DNA of 64,000 nucleotides, taken from NCBI GenBank assembly GCA_002269645.1, contig NIVC01000068.1:310001-374000 (forward strand), given 5' to 3'. The stretch's first letter is position 1. Every line of letters begins with the position of its first letter. Below, in pieces: positions 36,168 to 47,715 of the stretch. A model generated the notes under the pieces. It was given only the letters and a program-made list of their open reading frames with translations, did no database searches and was not told the origin of the DNA. The position numbers and the translations under genes are program-made. This DNA comes from Macrostomum lignano (Eukaryota).

Positions 36168-36629
36168 TTCTTCTTAGCCACTTAGGTAGGATCCACTAGA
36201 ATTATTACTAAATGAACATGTTTCTTTATTAAAAATGTTAATAAATGCCCTGAAAATGAAAAATAAGATAATTTATTTTTATTACACATGTAGTGGCTTG
36301 AAAATTTAAAGATATAGGTATATTATAAACTGTTAAATAAAAAATTCCTTAGATTTTACTTGTCAAAGCAAAGTATTCTTTATTAATTTGACTAATATTA
36401 ACAACATATGATATACTATATAAAACTGTTTTTATAAAAAAAATCCTTAAAATAACAATAATTTTAATAAATAAATAAATCTTAATATAGAATTTAGCTT
36501 GTATTTATCACATTATGTTATAAGGCAATAGTTTTTAAAAATAAAAAAGTAAACAAATATTAAATACAAAACTAATATAAGGAACTTTTAGTTCATAAAT
36601 TTAGTTCAGTCTATCTACTTTGCTTGCTA

Positions 36630-36955
36630 TTGCGGGATGCCTGCTATTTGAGGGATGCTTGCTATCTGGGGATATTTGCTATTTAGGGAGTGATTGCTAT
36701 CTGCGGGATACTTGCTGTCTGAGGTTGCTTACTATTAGGGTATGCTTGCTATCTGGGGTTGTTTGCTATCTGGGATTGCTTGTTTTTAGAGGATACTTGC
36801 TATCTAAGGGATGCTTGCCATCTGGGGGATGTTTTCTATCTAGGAGGGGGGATGCTTGCCATCTGGGGGATGTTTTCTATCTGGGGGATGCTTGCTATCT
36901 GAGGGATGCTTGCTATCTAGGGGGGGGGGGAGGATGCTTGCCATCTGGGAAATGC
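36630..36955. repeat. Degenerate minisatellite, about 19-20-bp unit GGGATGCTTGCTATCTGGG, upstream of TTC28
   Basis: Directly visible. Confidence 0.8.
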
Positions 36956-37987
36956 CTACAATCTTTATGGAGGCTTTATTTTGTTGTGTACCTCTGTTAC
37001 TTTTGGAAAAAAGATATTCATAGCAAACACATTTGTCCATGACAATTTTATATAAATAAGGTTATCTATAGAACTAAATAAAGAATTGGTTCTTAAGAAA
37101 ATGTGCTTTCTTTCTTTCTGGATTTGCATAGATCATTTTTGTTGCTTGCTTATTGGGCATCCAAAGGGGGACATTCAATTGCTAGTATATGAAGACTATA
37201 TCTGATTTTACTCAACTTTTTTAGTCTATCTACTATCATTTTGAAAATAAAATAGGCCTAACTATGCCTAAGGAAAGTTGCTAGAATAAAGAGTCTAACA
37301 AAAACTAAAATATATATTTAATTAGTATAGGCCCTAGGCCCCAATCACATTACATTACAAAGTTAATAATATTTTATATAAAAAATCATAAGTATTTATA
37401 TCTACTAAATATATATACCTGGTATTTATGGTAGGTCTGCTATCTTGCTGAATTGTTCATTAAATTCATTATACTAGTATATATAGGGCCATAGGCCTAC
37501 ATTTTTTAGCTATTGATATGAAAATTTCCAAAAATGAATATTTTCATTATGCTAACATTTTATAAGTGTTTAGAAGTGCCCATATTTGTTAGTTCAAGGG
37601 CTGGGCAACCTCTTAAAGTGGCACAATCTATCTCAATGTTGGGGCAGAAGGTCTTCTGCTAGCACCAGCCATTTTTAAGTGAAAAGCACTTTATTTGCAA
37701 TATTTGCAGATTAGCAGCACCCCTCTCATTAAAGCCTTAGAGTCTTTAACTAATTTTGGTCATAGACACATTTTTACCAGTGATATCAGTGCACAGATTC
37801 AAAATTGCATAATTGTTAATAGATTTTTGTTAAAATTCAGAAAAACCCAGGAAATCGCAGAAAGTGCAATAAAAGTTAAGTTGCAACTCTTGACTTAACT
37901 TGACTTAGCTGCAGGGCTGTCCCGGAGGGGACACAGCGGGAAGGCGCGGGCGCCCATTCCGCTAGTCCCTGAACGGCCGACGCGTCG

Positions 37988-40900
37988 CTATGGACGGAGG
38001 GTTGGCGCCGCCCAGGGAGGTCCCCCAGTGTCGCCAGCAGCTATGGTGCTCTCTGGAAAGGAGAGTTCAGCCCTGCGGGTGGCCCGAAGGTAGCGCATGA
38101 GCTGATTAAAGTTTTCGGGTTTGCACGCTTCAGTAATAGATGTGTGTGGCCCGAGGTAAGTGAGTCTGGCCCGCGTGAAGGCGGGACAGATGCTGACGAA
38201 ATGCTCAGCGGTTTCGTCACCTGAGTTGCAGAAACTACAGGTGGCGTTGGTGGCGTTGCCCTGCAGGTACTGGTGCCTGGAGAAGCAGCCATGACCAGAG
38301 AGGGTCATGGTGGCAGCCCGGATGTCTCTGCGCGAGAGGCGCAAGAGGAGCTTCCGGAGCTGGTGAGAGGGCTGAGGGACAGCGCCTCTGGATTGCCTGC
38401 AGTTCGTGCGGTTCGCCCAAGTCGAGCGGTGCTGAGTCCTGATCCACGCTTTGATGCGCGAGTCGATGACACAGCCAGGAATCGGGACAAGAGGTTCGGG
38501 GCCGAGAGAGGAGCCGGAGGCACCAACTTTTGCAAGGGTGTCAGCCAACTCATTTCCTCGGATCCCCACATGCCCCGGAACCCACTTAAGGGTAATTTTG
38601 TTGGCGGAACCCAACATATTGAGGAGTTTGATACAGTCAAGGACTGTAGCAGAGTTGGTGCTGCAGCCACTGATGGCGTGCAAGGCAGCTTGGCTGTCCG
38701 AATGGAAAATGATGTTCTTACCAGTAACGCCAGTGGCGAGAAGCTCTGCAGTGCAGGAGCTGATGGCCAGAACTTCATTTTGGAAAACACTGGAGTTGAC
38801 CCCAGTGTATTGAGCGTGGGTAGCGATGACCCTCCCGTTCAGAAAGATTCCAACACCAAAGCCGGTGTTGGCTGACTGCTTAGAACCGTCGGTGTAGCAA
38901 TGAAGCTCACCAGGGTTCCAATGGTCATTGATGTTATCGCGCGAGTCGATAGCTACGGAGTAGCGCTGTCTCAGGTTGAGCGTTGAGGCAATGCCATCGG
39001 TGAAGACGCGATTGGCCTGACACTCGTTGAGAAAGTTGAGGCACAGATCGCTATGCGGGACAAGGTTCCGCTTAGCAGGTGCTCTCATGTAAATGAATTT
39101 GACGCCGGCATCAATTAGACGCCGCGTCGTTCTAGCCGCCTCACCCCTGATGAAGAGGTCAAGAGGCGGAAGATTAAGAAAGGCCCCCATGCCAGCAAAG
39201 GGCGTGGACCTGGTGGCGTTGCAGATGAGCCTACACGCTCTGCCTTGGATCGTGTTGAGCAGGTCTGCATGGCTTTTGACCTGGGTAGCGCTAACCCAGA
39301 CAACAGAGGCGTACGTAATGGCAGGTCTAACTACGGAAGTATAGATCCACCAAAGCCGCTTTGGGGATAGACCCCAAGAAGTGCCAAGTGCTCGTCGGAG
39401 CTGGGCCAGGATGGCTGAGGCACGCTTAGCTTTTGCTTTCACGTGGAAGGACCAGTTGAGCCGGTGGTCAAGTGTGACCCCGAGACATCTGGTCTGGTGC
39501 GCGAAGGCAATATCTCTGCCGTAGAGCTGCAGAGGACGTATGTTCCAGCGTAGTCTGCTGGTAAACATAATGGCAACGGTTTTGGGCTCAGAGAGTTCCA
39601 AACCATTGTCATTGGCCCAGGATTCTGCTTTGCGGATAAAGCTCTGCATCAGATCCCTGAGCGTGCTGGGAGACGGTCCTGCAACAATGGCCGTGACGTC
39701 ATCAGCATACCCGACTTTGAAGACGGGGTCAGGTCGGGAGTCACTCAGAAGAGCGTCCATGACCAGGTTCCAGAGCGTCGGGGTGAGGACTCCGCCTTGG
39801 GGTCCACCCTTACAGACTCTGGTGGAGGCAGTTTGCCCAAGAAGTTGGGCAGTGACCGTACGGTTGGAGATCATGTACATGATCCACCGTATGAGGGTAG
39901 CATGAGCTTTGCGATTTTGAAGGGCCCTCTGAAACGCTTCAAAGATAACGTTGTCGAAGGCGCCAACAATGTCAAGAAAGAGAGCCAGGGCGTAACCGTC
40001 ACCCAGTACCGCCCGTTCAATCTTTTCGACAATCGCATGCAGGGCGCTGTCAGTCGACCTCCCGGTACGGAAGGCGTGCTGATTATTGCTGAGGGGCATC
40101 GCTGTCAGCTCGCAGGAGAGCAGCCGCCAGAGAATAAGCCTCTCAGTGAGCTTAAGCATTGCTGACGTTAAGCTAATTGGCCGGAAGGCCTTGACGCTTT
40201 GGTAGTCACCCTTCCCAGGTTTGGGAATAAAGACTACTCGAGCTTCAGTCCAGCTTTTGGGAACGTATCCCAGCTGGATAGAGGCCCGCATAAGATTGCG
40301 GGTGAGTCTCAGGAACGAGGGTATCTTGGCTGCTTCACGAAGGAGAACAGGGTAGATACCATCAGGTCCAGGAGATTTGAAGGGTTTGAAGGTTCTGACC
40401 GCACGAGCGATTAGGTCTTCAGTGACAATGCCCGCCGCTAGGGTGGCTCCATCCATCGAATGGTTGGGCTCCGGTCTAGCAGTAGGTACCCTCGGGAAGA
40501 ATGTGCTAAGCATATGCTGAAGCACTTCTTCAGGGTCTTTAGTAAGAGAGCCATCATCTTTTTTGATCATGGCTAATTTGGACATTTTGTCCATTGTAAG
40601 GGCCTTGACAAGCCTAGAAGTAGGTCTGTCTTGATCCAATTCATTGCAGAATTGGCGCCACTTACATTCCTTGGCCTTGCGCACTTCAGATTTGAAATTG
40701 CGGGAGGCTTGCCGGAAAAGCTCCATGTCCTCCGGGTTTCCGGTCTTCATGGCACGGCGATGAAGGCTTTTGGCCTTCCGCCTGAGTTTCCCCAGCTCCG
40801 GGTTCCACCACGGCGCCGAGGTCTTGCCTCTGTAGGCGCGAGCAGGACAAGCCGCTTCGTAGGCTGCAATAATGCAACCTGTCAGCGTCTCAGCCATATG

Positions 40901-41728
40901 ATCCACATCCTCGCAGGTCTCAATCGGACGTAAGTCCGTGAGTTCCTGCAGGTGCAGATCAAGGGCAGCCTTGTAGGCCGCCCAATCAGTGTTGCGGATA
41001 TTGCGTCTCCAAGTGATCGGAGACTGGGTTTTAGTGTCCGCGATATTAAAGGCGATAAAGCAGTGGTCAGACAGGGAGGGCTCCTCAGACCAGACTCTCC
41101 ACTCCTTGACTCTGTCAAAGAGTCTTGGGGTAACGAGTGTGGCGTCGAGGACCTCGGTCCATCTGCCATTATTAAAGGTAGGAGTGCTGCCGCGGTTGCA
41201 GAGCATGAGGTTTGTGTTAGAGATGAGGGCCAGAAGCTCCTCTCCTCTAGTGTTGGTATCTTTGCTGCCCCAGTGCTTGTGGTGCGCGTTGAGGTCGCCC
41301 CCTAAGCACAGCTCAGCGTTCTGGGACTCGCAGTACTGCGCAAGGCGCAGTAAACTCTCGGGAGCAGGGTCTCTGTCGCCTGGGATATAAACCGAGGCAA
41401 CAAGACACGTACGCGGAGAGAAATGATTAGATTGGATGACGCAAAGGTCTCCATCAGAGAGATCAGTCCTCAGCCAAGCCTGGAGATGGCTAGCAGCGAG
41501 GATAGCCGCTCTAGGGCGGCTGTTCCCCGGGCCACACACATAAAAATCAGAGTAGCCAGAGGGAATGTTGGGCAACTTACCGTTGCGCATCCAGGGTTCC
41601 TGGATCAGGATGAGGCCTGGCCTGTACAGCTCAGCAATCTTCATCAGATTTACTGACGCAGATACGCAATGCTGTAAATTTATTTGCAGACAGAATGTCG
41701 CTCCTTTGGCAGCGTGGAGCTTAGTCAT
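37988..41728 (-). CDS. Retrotransposon ORF2: AP endonuclease, reverse transcriptase, RNase H, Cys/His knuckle (1246 aa)
   Basis: APE motifs LIQEPW, GGDLNAHH, SDHCFI; RT motifs PGPDGI, RPISL, GGPQGGVL, YADD; RNase H YTDGS...SDSQAAL...GNELAD; terminal CSFC...EHF...C. Confidence 0.95.
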   Translation of the reverse strand: MTKLHAAKGATFCLQINLQHCVSASVNLMKIAELYRPGLILIQEPWMRNGKLPNIPSGYSDFYVCGPGNSRPRAAILAASHLQAWLRTDLSDGDLCVIQSNHFSPRTCLVASVYIPGDRDPAPESLLRLAQYCESQNAELCLGGDLNAHHKHWGSKDTNTRGEELLALISNTNLMLCNRGSTPTFNNGRWTEVLDATLVTPRLFDRVKEWRVWSEEPSLSDHCFIAFNIADTKTQSPITWRRNIRNTDWAAYKAALDLHLQELTDLRPIETCEDVDHMAETLTGCIIAAYEAACPARAYRGKTSAPWWNPELGKLRRKAKSLHRRAMKTGNPEDMELFRQASRNFKSEVRKAKECKWRQFCNELDQDRPTSRLVKALTMDKMSKLAMIKKDDGSLTKDPEEVLQHMLSTFFPRVPTARPEPNHSMDGATLAAGIVTEDLIARAVRTFKPFKSPGPDGIYPVLLREAAKIPSFLRLTRNLMRASIQLGYVPKSWTEARVVFIPKPGKGDYQSVKAFRPISLTSAMLKLTERLILWRLLSCELTAMPLSNNQHAFRTGRSTDSALHAIVEKIERAVLGDGYALALFLDIVGAFDNVIFEAFQRALQNRKAHATLIRWIMYMISNRTVTAQLLGQTASTRVCKGGPQGGVLTPTLWNLVMDALLSDSRPDPVFKVGYADDVTAIVAGPSPSTLRDLMQSFIRKAESWANDNGLELSEPKTVAIMFTSRLRWNIRPLQLYGRDIAFAHQTRCLGVTLDHRLNWSFHVKAKAKRASAILAQLRRALGTSWGLSPKRLWWIYTSVVRPAITYASVVWVSATQVKSHADLLNTIQGRACRLICNATRSTPFAGMGAFLNLPPLDLFIRGEAARTTRRLIDAGVKFIYMRAPAKRNLVPHSDLCLNFLNECQANRVFTDGIASTLNLRQRYSVAIDSRDNINDHWNPGELHCYTDGSKQSANTGFGVGIFLNGRVIATHAQYTGVNSSVFQNEVLAISSCTAELLATGVTGKNIIFHSDSQAALHAISGCSTNSATVLDCIKLLNMLGSANKITLKWVPGHVGIRGNELADTLAKVGASGSSLGPEPLVPIPGCVIDSRIKAWIRTQHRSTWANRTNCRQSRGAVPQPSHQLRKLLLRLSRRDIRAATMTLSGHGCFSRHQYLQGNATNATCSFCNSGDETAEHFVSICPAFTRARLTYLGPHTSITEACKPENFNQLMRYLRATRRAELSFPESTIAAGDTGGPPWAAPTLRP

Positions 41729-41751
41729 ACTGTATTAAATGCAATATCTGG

Positions 41752-43272
41752 CTAGAGCCCAGGGCCATCAAGGAGACTTGGACAACAGATCGTCCTCGTC
41801 CCAGGCCGCTGGGGCTTGACTGGGAGATGGGAGTTGGTCGACGTCCATGGCCTCCTCACCCCCACCGGCCCCCCAGCAGAGTCCTCAGGCTCCGATGACA
41901 GGATGGAGGAAGCTTCCTCACCTGCATCTTTACCTTCAGACCCCACCAAGGTGGCCGAGGAGAGCTCGGATTCCGAAGACCCGGCCTCGTCCTCAACTCC
42001 TTCTCCGACTGGCAGGTTTGGTTCCCGGGGCTCGGCCGGAGCCGTTACCGCGGTCGCCGAACTGCTGCTAGCAGAGGGGCGAGATGCAGCTTTGGCTTTG
42101 GGATCGGCTTGCGCCTTTCCTTGGGCCTTAGACTGCGCCCCGCTCTTGCCGGAGATGCCGGGGTTGGCAGTAGCCTTCCCTTTGGCAGACTTTCCTCGGC
42201 GCAACTTGAGCTTGAGGGCACCCAGCTGGAAAGAGGATCCATTAGGGTACCGACTCGCCCAAGTGCTGGAAAGGCCGAGGACAATTGAGTTGCCCGTCTC
42301 CCCCCTGCGGACTTTACGGTGATACACCAGTCCACTAGCAGGGAGGTCGGGGTTCAGACGCAGTAGGACCCGGCGAATAACGTCTGGTCCAGCTGCGGTG
42401 CTCTTAGCAGGGACGAAAACCACATAGGGTATCGTCTTTGGACGCTGGCCCTCGCGAAGAAAAAGAGCTCCGCCAAGGTCAGCATCCAAGGAGAACGTCG
42501 GTAGCCGCTGGAGCAGCCGCCGAGCGTCCTCCTCGCTGCTAGGAGCAATAAGAACGAATGTGCTTCGCAGCACCATCCGCTCAACGCCGATGGAGATTCC
42601 CTCCTCGACAGTCAGCTCAATCAGATAGGAGTCAACAGCACTCCACACTTTTTGAAGCTGATCAGTGGTCCAGTCCTGGTCGCGACCTTGGATGATCACT
42701 CCCGGGATTTTGGCCTTGGCCTTCGCCGCAAAGGTAGCTCCCGAAGGAACCTCCTTGTTGGCAGTGGCCATTTGTTGCGCCGTGGTTTCGGCCTCAGCAG
42801 CCGCGGCAGCAGCTCCAGGGAGCGCCGCCGCTGAACTACTGGAGCTTCCACCGGCCGGCCCGCCTGGTTGCCTTGGGACTCCAGTCGCTTCAGCATCCAT
42901 GGTGGACGCCGCCGCTTTGGCCCCCGCAGCTCCCTTCTTGGCCTGCCTTTTGGCGCGTTGTTTAGCGCGTTTGCGCTCAAGCCGAGCCCGCTGAGCTTCA
43001 TCGGATCTGCCAGATTTGGCCGGTCCTTTAGGCTCAGAGCTCGCGGTTCCCTTAGATCCACCAGCGGAGCTGGCAGGTCTTAGGGTTTTTTGAGTTTGGT
43101 AGCTCTGGTCGGATCTGCCAGCAGAGCCAGCCGGTCCTTCCTTTGCCACAGTTGAATCAGTCGGTTGGGATCTGCCAGCAGGGCCGGCCGGTCCTTCAGA
43201 CTGAGGTTGGGGTTTAGAAGGGTCCCCGTCCCTAGAAATAGCTTGTTTATCCATAGTCGGCTCGAAGGCCAT
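41752..43272 (-). CDS. Retrotransposon ORF1 (gag-like nucleic-acid-binding protein, about 506 aa)
   Basis: ATG at 43272; low-complexity basic N-terminus and a globular central part; ends 23 nt before the ORF2 ATG. Confidence 0.85.
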   Translation of the reverse strand: MAFEPTMDKQAISRDGDPSKPQPQSEGPAGPAGRSQPTDSTVAKEGPAGSAGRSDQSYQTQKTLRPASSAGGSKGTASSEPKGPAKSGRSDEAQRARLERKRAKQRAKRQAKKGAAGAKAAASTMDAEATGVPRQPGGPAGGSSSSSAAALPGAAAAAAEAETTAQQMATANKEVPSGATFAAKAKAKIPGVIIQGRDQDWTTDQLQKVWSAVDSYLIELTVEEGISIGVERMVLRSTFVLIAPSSEEDARRLLQRLPTFSLDADLGGALFLREGQRPKTIPYVVFVPAKSTAAGPDVIRRVLLRLNPDLPASGLVYHRKVRRGETGNSIVLGLSSTWASRYPNGSSFQLGALKLKLRRGKSAKGKATANPGISGKSGAQSKAQGKAQADPKAKAASRPSASSSSATAVTAPAEPREPNLPVGEGVEDEAGSSESELSSATLVGSEGKDAGEEASSILSSEPEDSAGGPVGVRRPWTSTNSHLPVKPQRPGTRTICCPSLLDGPGL

Positions 43273-45422
43273 GATAAAAGGTTGGTGGGCTACCCTCAAA
43301 GGGGCGCGGTACCCACCCGGCCGCTCCACCTGACCGGGCAGTAGGCCAATAGCACCCTCAAGGCTGGCCCGACACCAGGAGGGGGACCGCTTGCGACCGG
43401 ACTACTCCCCGGCCTTCCAGCCCATCGGCACGGTCAACACCTTAGGCATTAGAGAGTACGTTGAGCAGTACCACGGCCTGCAGGTTGGCGAGCCAGACCC
43501 GCATACCCAAATTCGGCCGAAGCCACTGGATAGGGTCGCCAGCGCCGGAGCCCAGTCTGTCCAGCAGCCCTAGGGACTGCCTTGAACTCACGCGGGGACG
43601 AGTACCCTGGGTCGACTTGCGAGACAGCCTGGGGGGGGGGTCTGCGGCTGCCAGAGGCAAATAGAGGGTGCAGACCTCCCACCAGCCTTGACCTGCTGAA
43701 GATAGGGGCAGGCGTGAAGCATCGCAGACCTTAGCCCATGGGCCTAGTCTGTCTCATACTTCACTGGCATGCTGAATACGCCTTCGCGCGCAAGTTGCAA
43801 CTCCCCTACAAATAGAATTTCAATGCCTAAACACTTCTAAAATGTTGGCATAATAAAATTTTTATTTTTGGAAACTTTCATGTCTATAGTTAAAAATGTG
43901 CATACAGATACAGTGAATTTAATGAACGATACTGCAAGATAGCCATTAGGCCTAGCCCTAGTCAATATAAATTATATTAATTTTTAGGATTTTTTCAACA
44001 TTACCACCAATTAAATTAGAATTCTTCTAAATGGCATAACAAGTAACAGCATGCTTAGCATATTATTTGAGTTTTCCGCAAATGACATTGTACTTAACTA
44101 ACTTGTCTTAATTACTTAATACAGCTACAGCTACAGCCAACTGTCATTTATATTTACGGAATTGCTGCATTGTAAGCAACTCAAGTAAGAACAATGCGTG
44201 ACTAAGGATTCCCTTCAATAATTTTAAGCTGAAATAAGATACAAACTATATTAAAAATTACACTAGAATTTTATTATGATTTTAAATTATATCGATCTAT
44301 CTCAGTGAATTGTATTAGTATGATTGGTGTAAAAATAGTAACTGCATTACAGAAATAATAAACAGTTTAGGTTAAAAATTTATTGATCGATATTATTAAC
44401 TAAGTCATTACTACATGCAAGTAGTAGTAGGCTATTTTAAGAGGCAGGCTAAAGGTTGTGACTCAACGAACAAAAAAATAATCAAAATTGTAACAATTCA
44501 AATCAGGACACCACAGCATTTTCCGGGAAATATTCTAAGACAATCAAACGCAATGAATCAAAACCAAAGTGCGCAATAGAAACTACCAAATACTGTACTT
44601 AAAAGCTTTAAATCTAATTTTTTATTTTTTATTTTCGTTTTTTGAAAGATTTTACTTGGTGTTTTTTTCAGAAGTTTACCCGAACCTGCGAAAATACAAA
44701 CTTTCTGCGAAACATTGGGCTAGTTTCAACTTCGAAAAACTAGCCTGGAACTGAAATTAAACAAAAGGAACGTCAAAAGTAACATACTCGAATTCGTAAA
44801 TAATGGTTTCTTTCTGTGGCTTTATTATATCAGTAAACATTGTAGCCATTTTCAGTATATTAAACGAAAATGAAGCTTTTTATAAAAGCAACACAAGCGA
44901 TGTTTAAGTGCATTTACTTTGAATTGATCCAAGTTAAGTGGGCTGGAGTGGATAAGTCACTAAGAATAAGAATGTCGAAGAATTACAGTGTATTGGATTT
45001 CATTAATTTATCGTTGGTTTATTCTAGTCCCATCTAGCTAGCTAGTTTTATATTTGGCCTGCTTATATCAAAATTGTAAAGTACTTGCTTGTGAGGTAGC
45101 TCCCATTTAATTTCATTATGCATATCACATTTATTTTGAACTTATACAATTTGAGTTTTTTGGGAGCAAATAATTAACAAGTTAGTAATGCCTATATAAA
45201 TTAATTTTTCAACAAAAAATACTTGAAAAATCCAACTTAGCAAATTAAGGGGACAGTGAGAATTTCTATTACTTTTTTGTAGCAAATTTATATTATGGCT
45301 TAAAACTTGCATGCATGCTTTTTATATAAGTTATATTCTGCAAACCTTATCAGGAACTTTTTTATAAAGTTCTTTTGCCTGCTTGAACAATTTCTGGCCT
45401 TACAACCAATTTGCAACCAGTG

Positions 45423-45875
45423 ATGATAAGCACAAAGATACTACTATTATCGATTTTTCTGCCAAGCCTATTGTCTCTCAACAGCAACACTGCAGCCAGT
45501 GCAGCTCCGCTGATATCTAAAATAAGCTGGGGCCGCATCAGAGTGTCCAACATGGACAGCTCCTATCGCGACGCCAAGCTGTGGCCAGCTGGCAGTCGAT
45601 CGTGGGACTGGCGCGAGACTGGCACGCATCACAGGCCGGGGGTGCAGGCCGCCGATCTTCAAGAATTATTCGACAAATCTCCTGCCGGCCTGGATGCTGT
45701 AGTCATCTCCCGCGGCATGGATCTGGTGCTGCAAGTACCTGAGGCCACCAAGCAGTACGTCAGAGATCGAGGCGCAAAAGTCTACGTACTGCAGACGGAG
45801 GCTGCAGCAGCAAAGTACAATGAGCTGGTCAATGCTGGACAGAAAGTGGCTGGCGTGTTCCACTCCACTTGCTGA
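45423..45875 (+). CDS. AAMDC: AAMDC / Mth938-domain protein with an N-terminal hydrophobic extension, 150 aa, intronless
   Basis: SWGRIRV, KLWPAGSRSWDWRETGTHHRPGVQ, ISRGM, LQTE...YN, GVFHSTC-stop match the AAMDC family. Confidence 0.9.
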   Translation: MISTKILLLSIFLPSLLSLNSNTAASAAPLISKISWGRIRVSNMDSSYRDAKLWPAGSRSWDWRETGTHHRPGVQAADLQELFDKSPAGLDAVVISRGMDLVLQVPEATKQYVRDRGAKVYVLQTEAAAAKYNELVNAGQKVAGVFHSTC

Positions 45876-46854
45876 TTGATTGACTCTTGTACTGTGTTGA
45901 AATTACTTAAGAAAATGAAAATTATCCTTTTCCTAGTCATGCCATATTGAGAATATTGACATGATCTCACTTTTTTTCCAAGGCAAATCGTGGTTGTATT
46001 TCAATATACACCAAGGACTACTTAAGTGGGACGGGAAACCAATACGTTTCTTAGAAAATGTTTAAACAAAAAGCTTTATATCAATAGAGCTATAAGAATT
46101 AAGGCGCAACACATATTAAAAGATTAGCACTGGGTCTGCCTCCTATAAAAAACAATAACAATTTTTGTGCTGAAAAAATGAAAGCTTCCTATCTCCGTAG
46201 TGTATTTTTCGGCGAAAACCAGCCTCATAAACATTTTCTAAGATTCGTATTTTCCTGTCTTTCTACTTGAGTAGTCCTTGGTGTATATATACATGTATAT
46301 AGCTTTTGAAACGCTAAATGAGAATTTGACAGACAAATTAAGAATGCAACACAGATAGAAGTTAAATATGCGTGCTTCAGCCACTTTATTTGGTGCACAA
46401 CGCAGAAGGTTACGAGTGAGGTAAAGCGACAGAAAATGGCGTAAAATTGTCAATCCTCGTATCAAATTCTTGATTTACTGTCTATAGAAGCTGTCTGTGT
46501 ATGCGTCTAGATGCAGCAGATAGCCGAGTCTAAACTATGCTTAGCCAAATTCTCGTACTTTTTATGCTGTTGTGTTTTTATAAACTACATGATGCACGTG
46601 TCCTGTGTGTTAAACTTCAATTGTTTGGCTGCTTCCATCAGATAATATATCAAATTGTCTTTATCTTTTTGGTTAATGCTTTTTTAATTTTTAATTTTTA
46701 AGGGGGTTTTGGCTTCACTTTATTTAAATTATTCATTTCAAATAGAAACAAAGGTCAAGTATTTATTACCAGTATATGCTGACTTAAAAAAATGTCCGTA
46801 ACTGAAACCTATCTCATTCATTTATACTGTCGTTTTTTATGTTTCTGTCTTTCT

Positions 46855-46886
46855 ATGTGCCTGCCTGACTGTCTGTCTGTCCGTCC

Positions 46887-46937
<51 letters not shown>

Positions 46938-47396
46938 CAGGGGCGTTGCCATAGAATTTTTTTGGGGGGACAAAGCCAAAAATTCTAAATTTTCAGAATC
47001 GGTGTAGTAAGCGCTTATTTTGGTGCCACAGGCGCTGTTTCGTCGCCATAAAGCACAATTTTTGATTTCCAAAACGGGTCACAAGGTTGGGTGGGGGGGA
47101 CAAAGCATTGGCATGTCCCCCCCCATTGCTTTTACTAAGGAGGACATGTCTCCCCCCAGTGGCGACGTCCCTGTGATTGTCTGTCCCTGTCTTGTCTGTC
47201 TGTCTGTCTGTCTGTCTGCCTGCCTGTCTGTCTGTCTGCCTGCCTGTCTGTCTGTCTGTCTATCCGTCTGTCTGCCTGCCTGTCTGTCTGTCTATCTGTC
47301 TGTGTCTGTCTGTCTGTCTGTCTGTCTATCCGTCTGTCTGCCTGTTTGTCTGTCTGTCTATCTGTCTGTCTGTCTGCCTGTTTGTCTGTCTGTCTA

Positions 47397-47454
<58 letters not shown>

Positions 47455-47476
47455 CGTCTGTCTGTCTGTCTGTCTG

Positions 47477-47513
<37 letters not shown>

Positions 47514-47590
47514 GCCTGTCTGTCTGTCTGTCTATCCATCTGTCTGCCTGTCTGTCTATCCGTCTGTCTGTCTGTCTGTCTATCTGCCTG

Positions 47591-47623
<33 letters not shown>

Positions 47624-47715
47624 GCCTGTCTGTCTGTCTGTCTATCCGTCTGTCTGCCTGTCTGTCTATCCGTCTGTCTGTCTGTTTGTCCGTCCGTCTA
47701 TCTGTCTGCCTGTGC
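46855..47715. repeat. (TCTG)n microsatellite split by a MITE
   Basis: Directly visible on both sides of 46938-47173. Confidence 0.95.
46938..47173. mobile_element. 236-bp non-autonomous DNA transposon (MITE)
   Basis: Termini CAGGGGCGTTGCC and GGCGACGTCCCTG are inverted repeats (11/13 match); flanks TGTCTGTC and TGATTGTC could be a decayed 8-bp TSD. Confidence 0.7.

Larger units (their letters stand above)
37890..43791 (-). mobile_element. Full-length non-LTR retrotransposon (LOA/R1-like, RNase H-containing), 5.9 kb
   Basis: 12-bp TSD AAGTTGCAACTC at 37878-37889 and 43792-43803; two intact ORFs; 3' tail TAAGTCAAGT-TAAGTCAA. Confidence 0.93.

Noticed and set aside
38041-43083. Many short ORFs overlapping the retrotransposon on both strands
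   Set aside because: Alternative-frame shadows of GC-rich ORF1 and ORF2.
43555-43615. HDV-like ribozyme core in the LINE 5' UTR (P3/L3 TCG-TCCCCGCG-TGA, P4 CAGTCC-CTA-GGGCTG on the sense strand)
   Set aside because: No matching P1 5' strand or adjacent P2 partner found.
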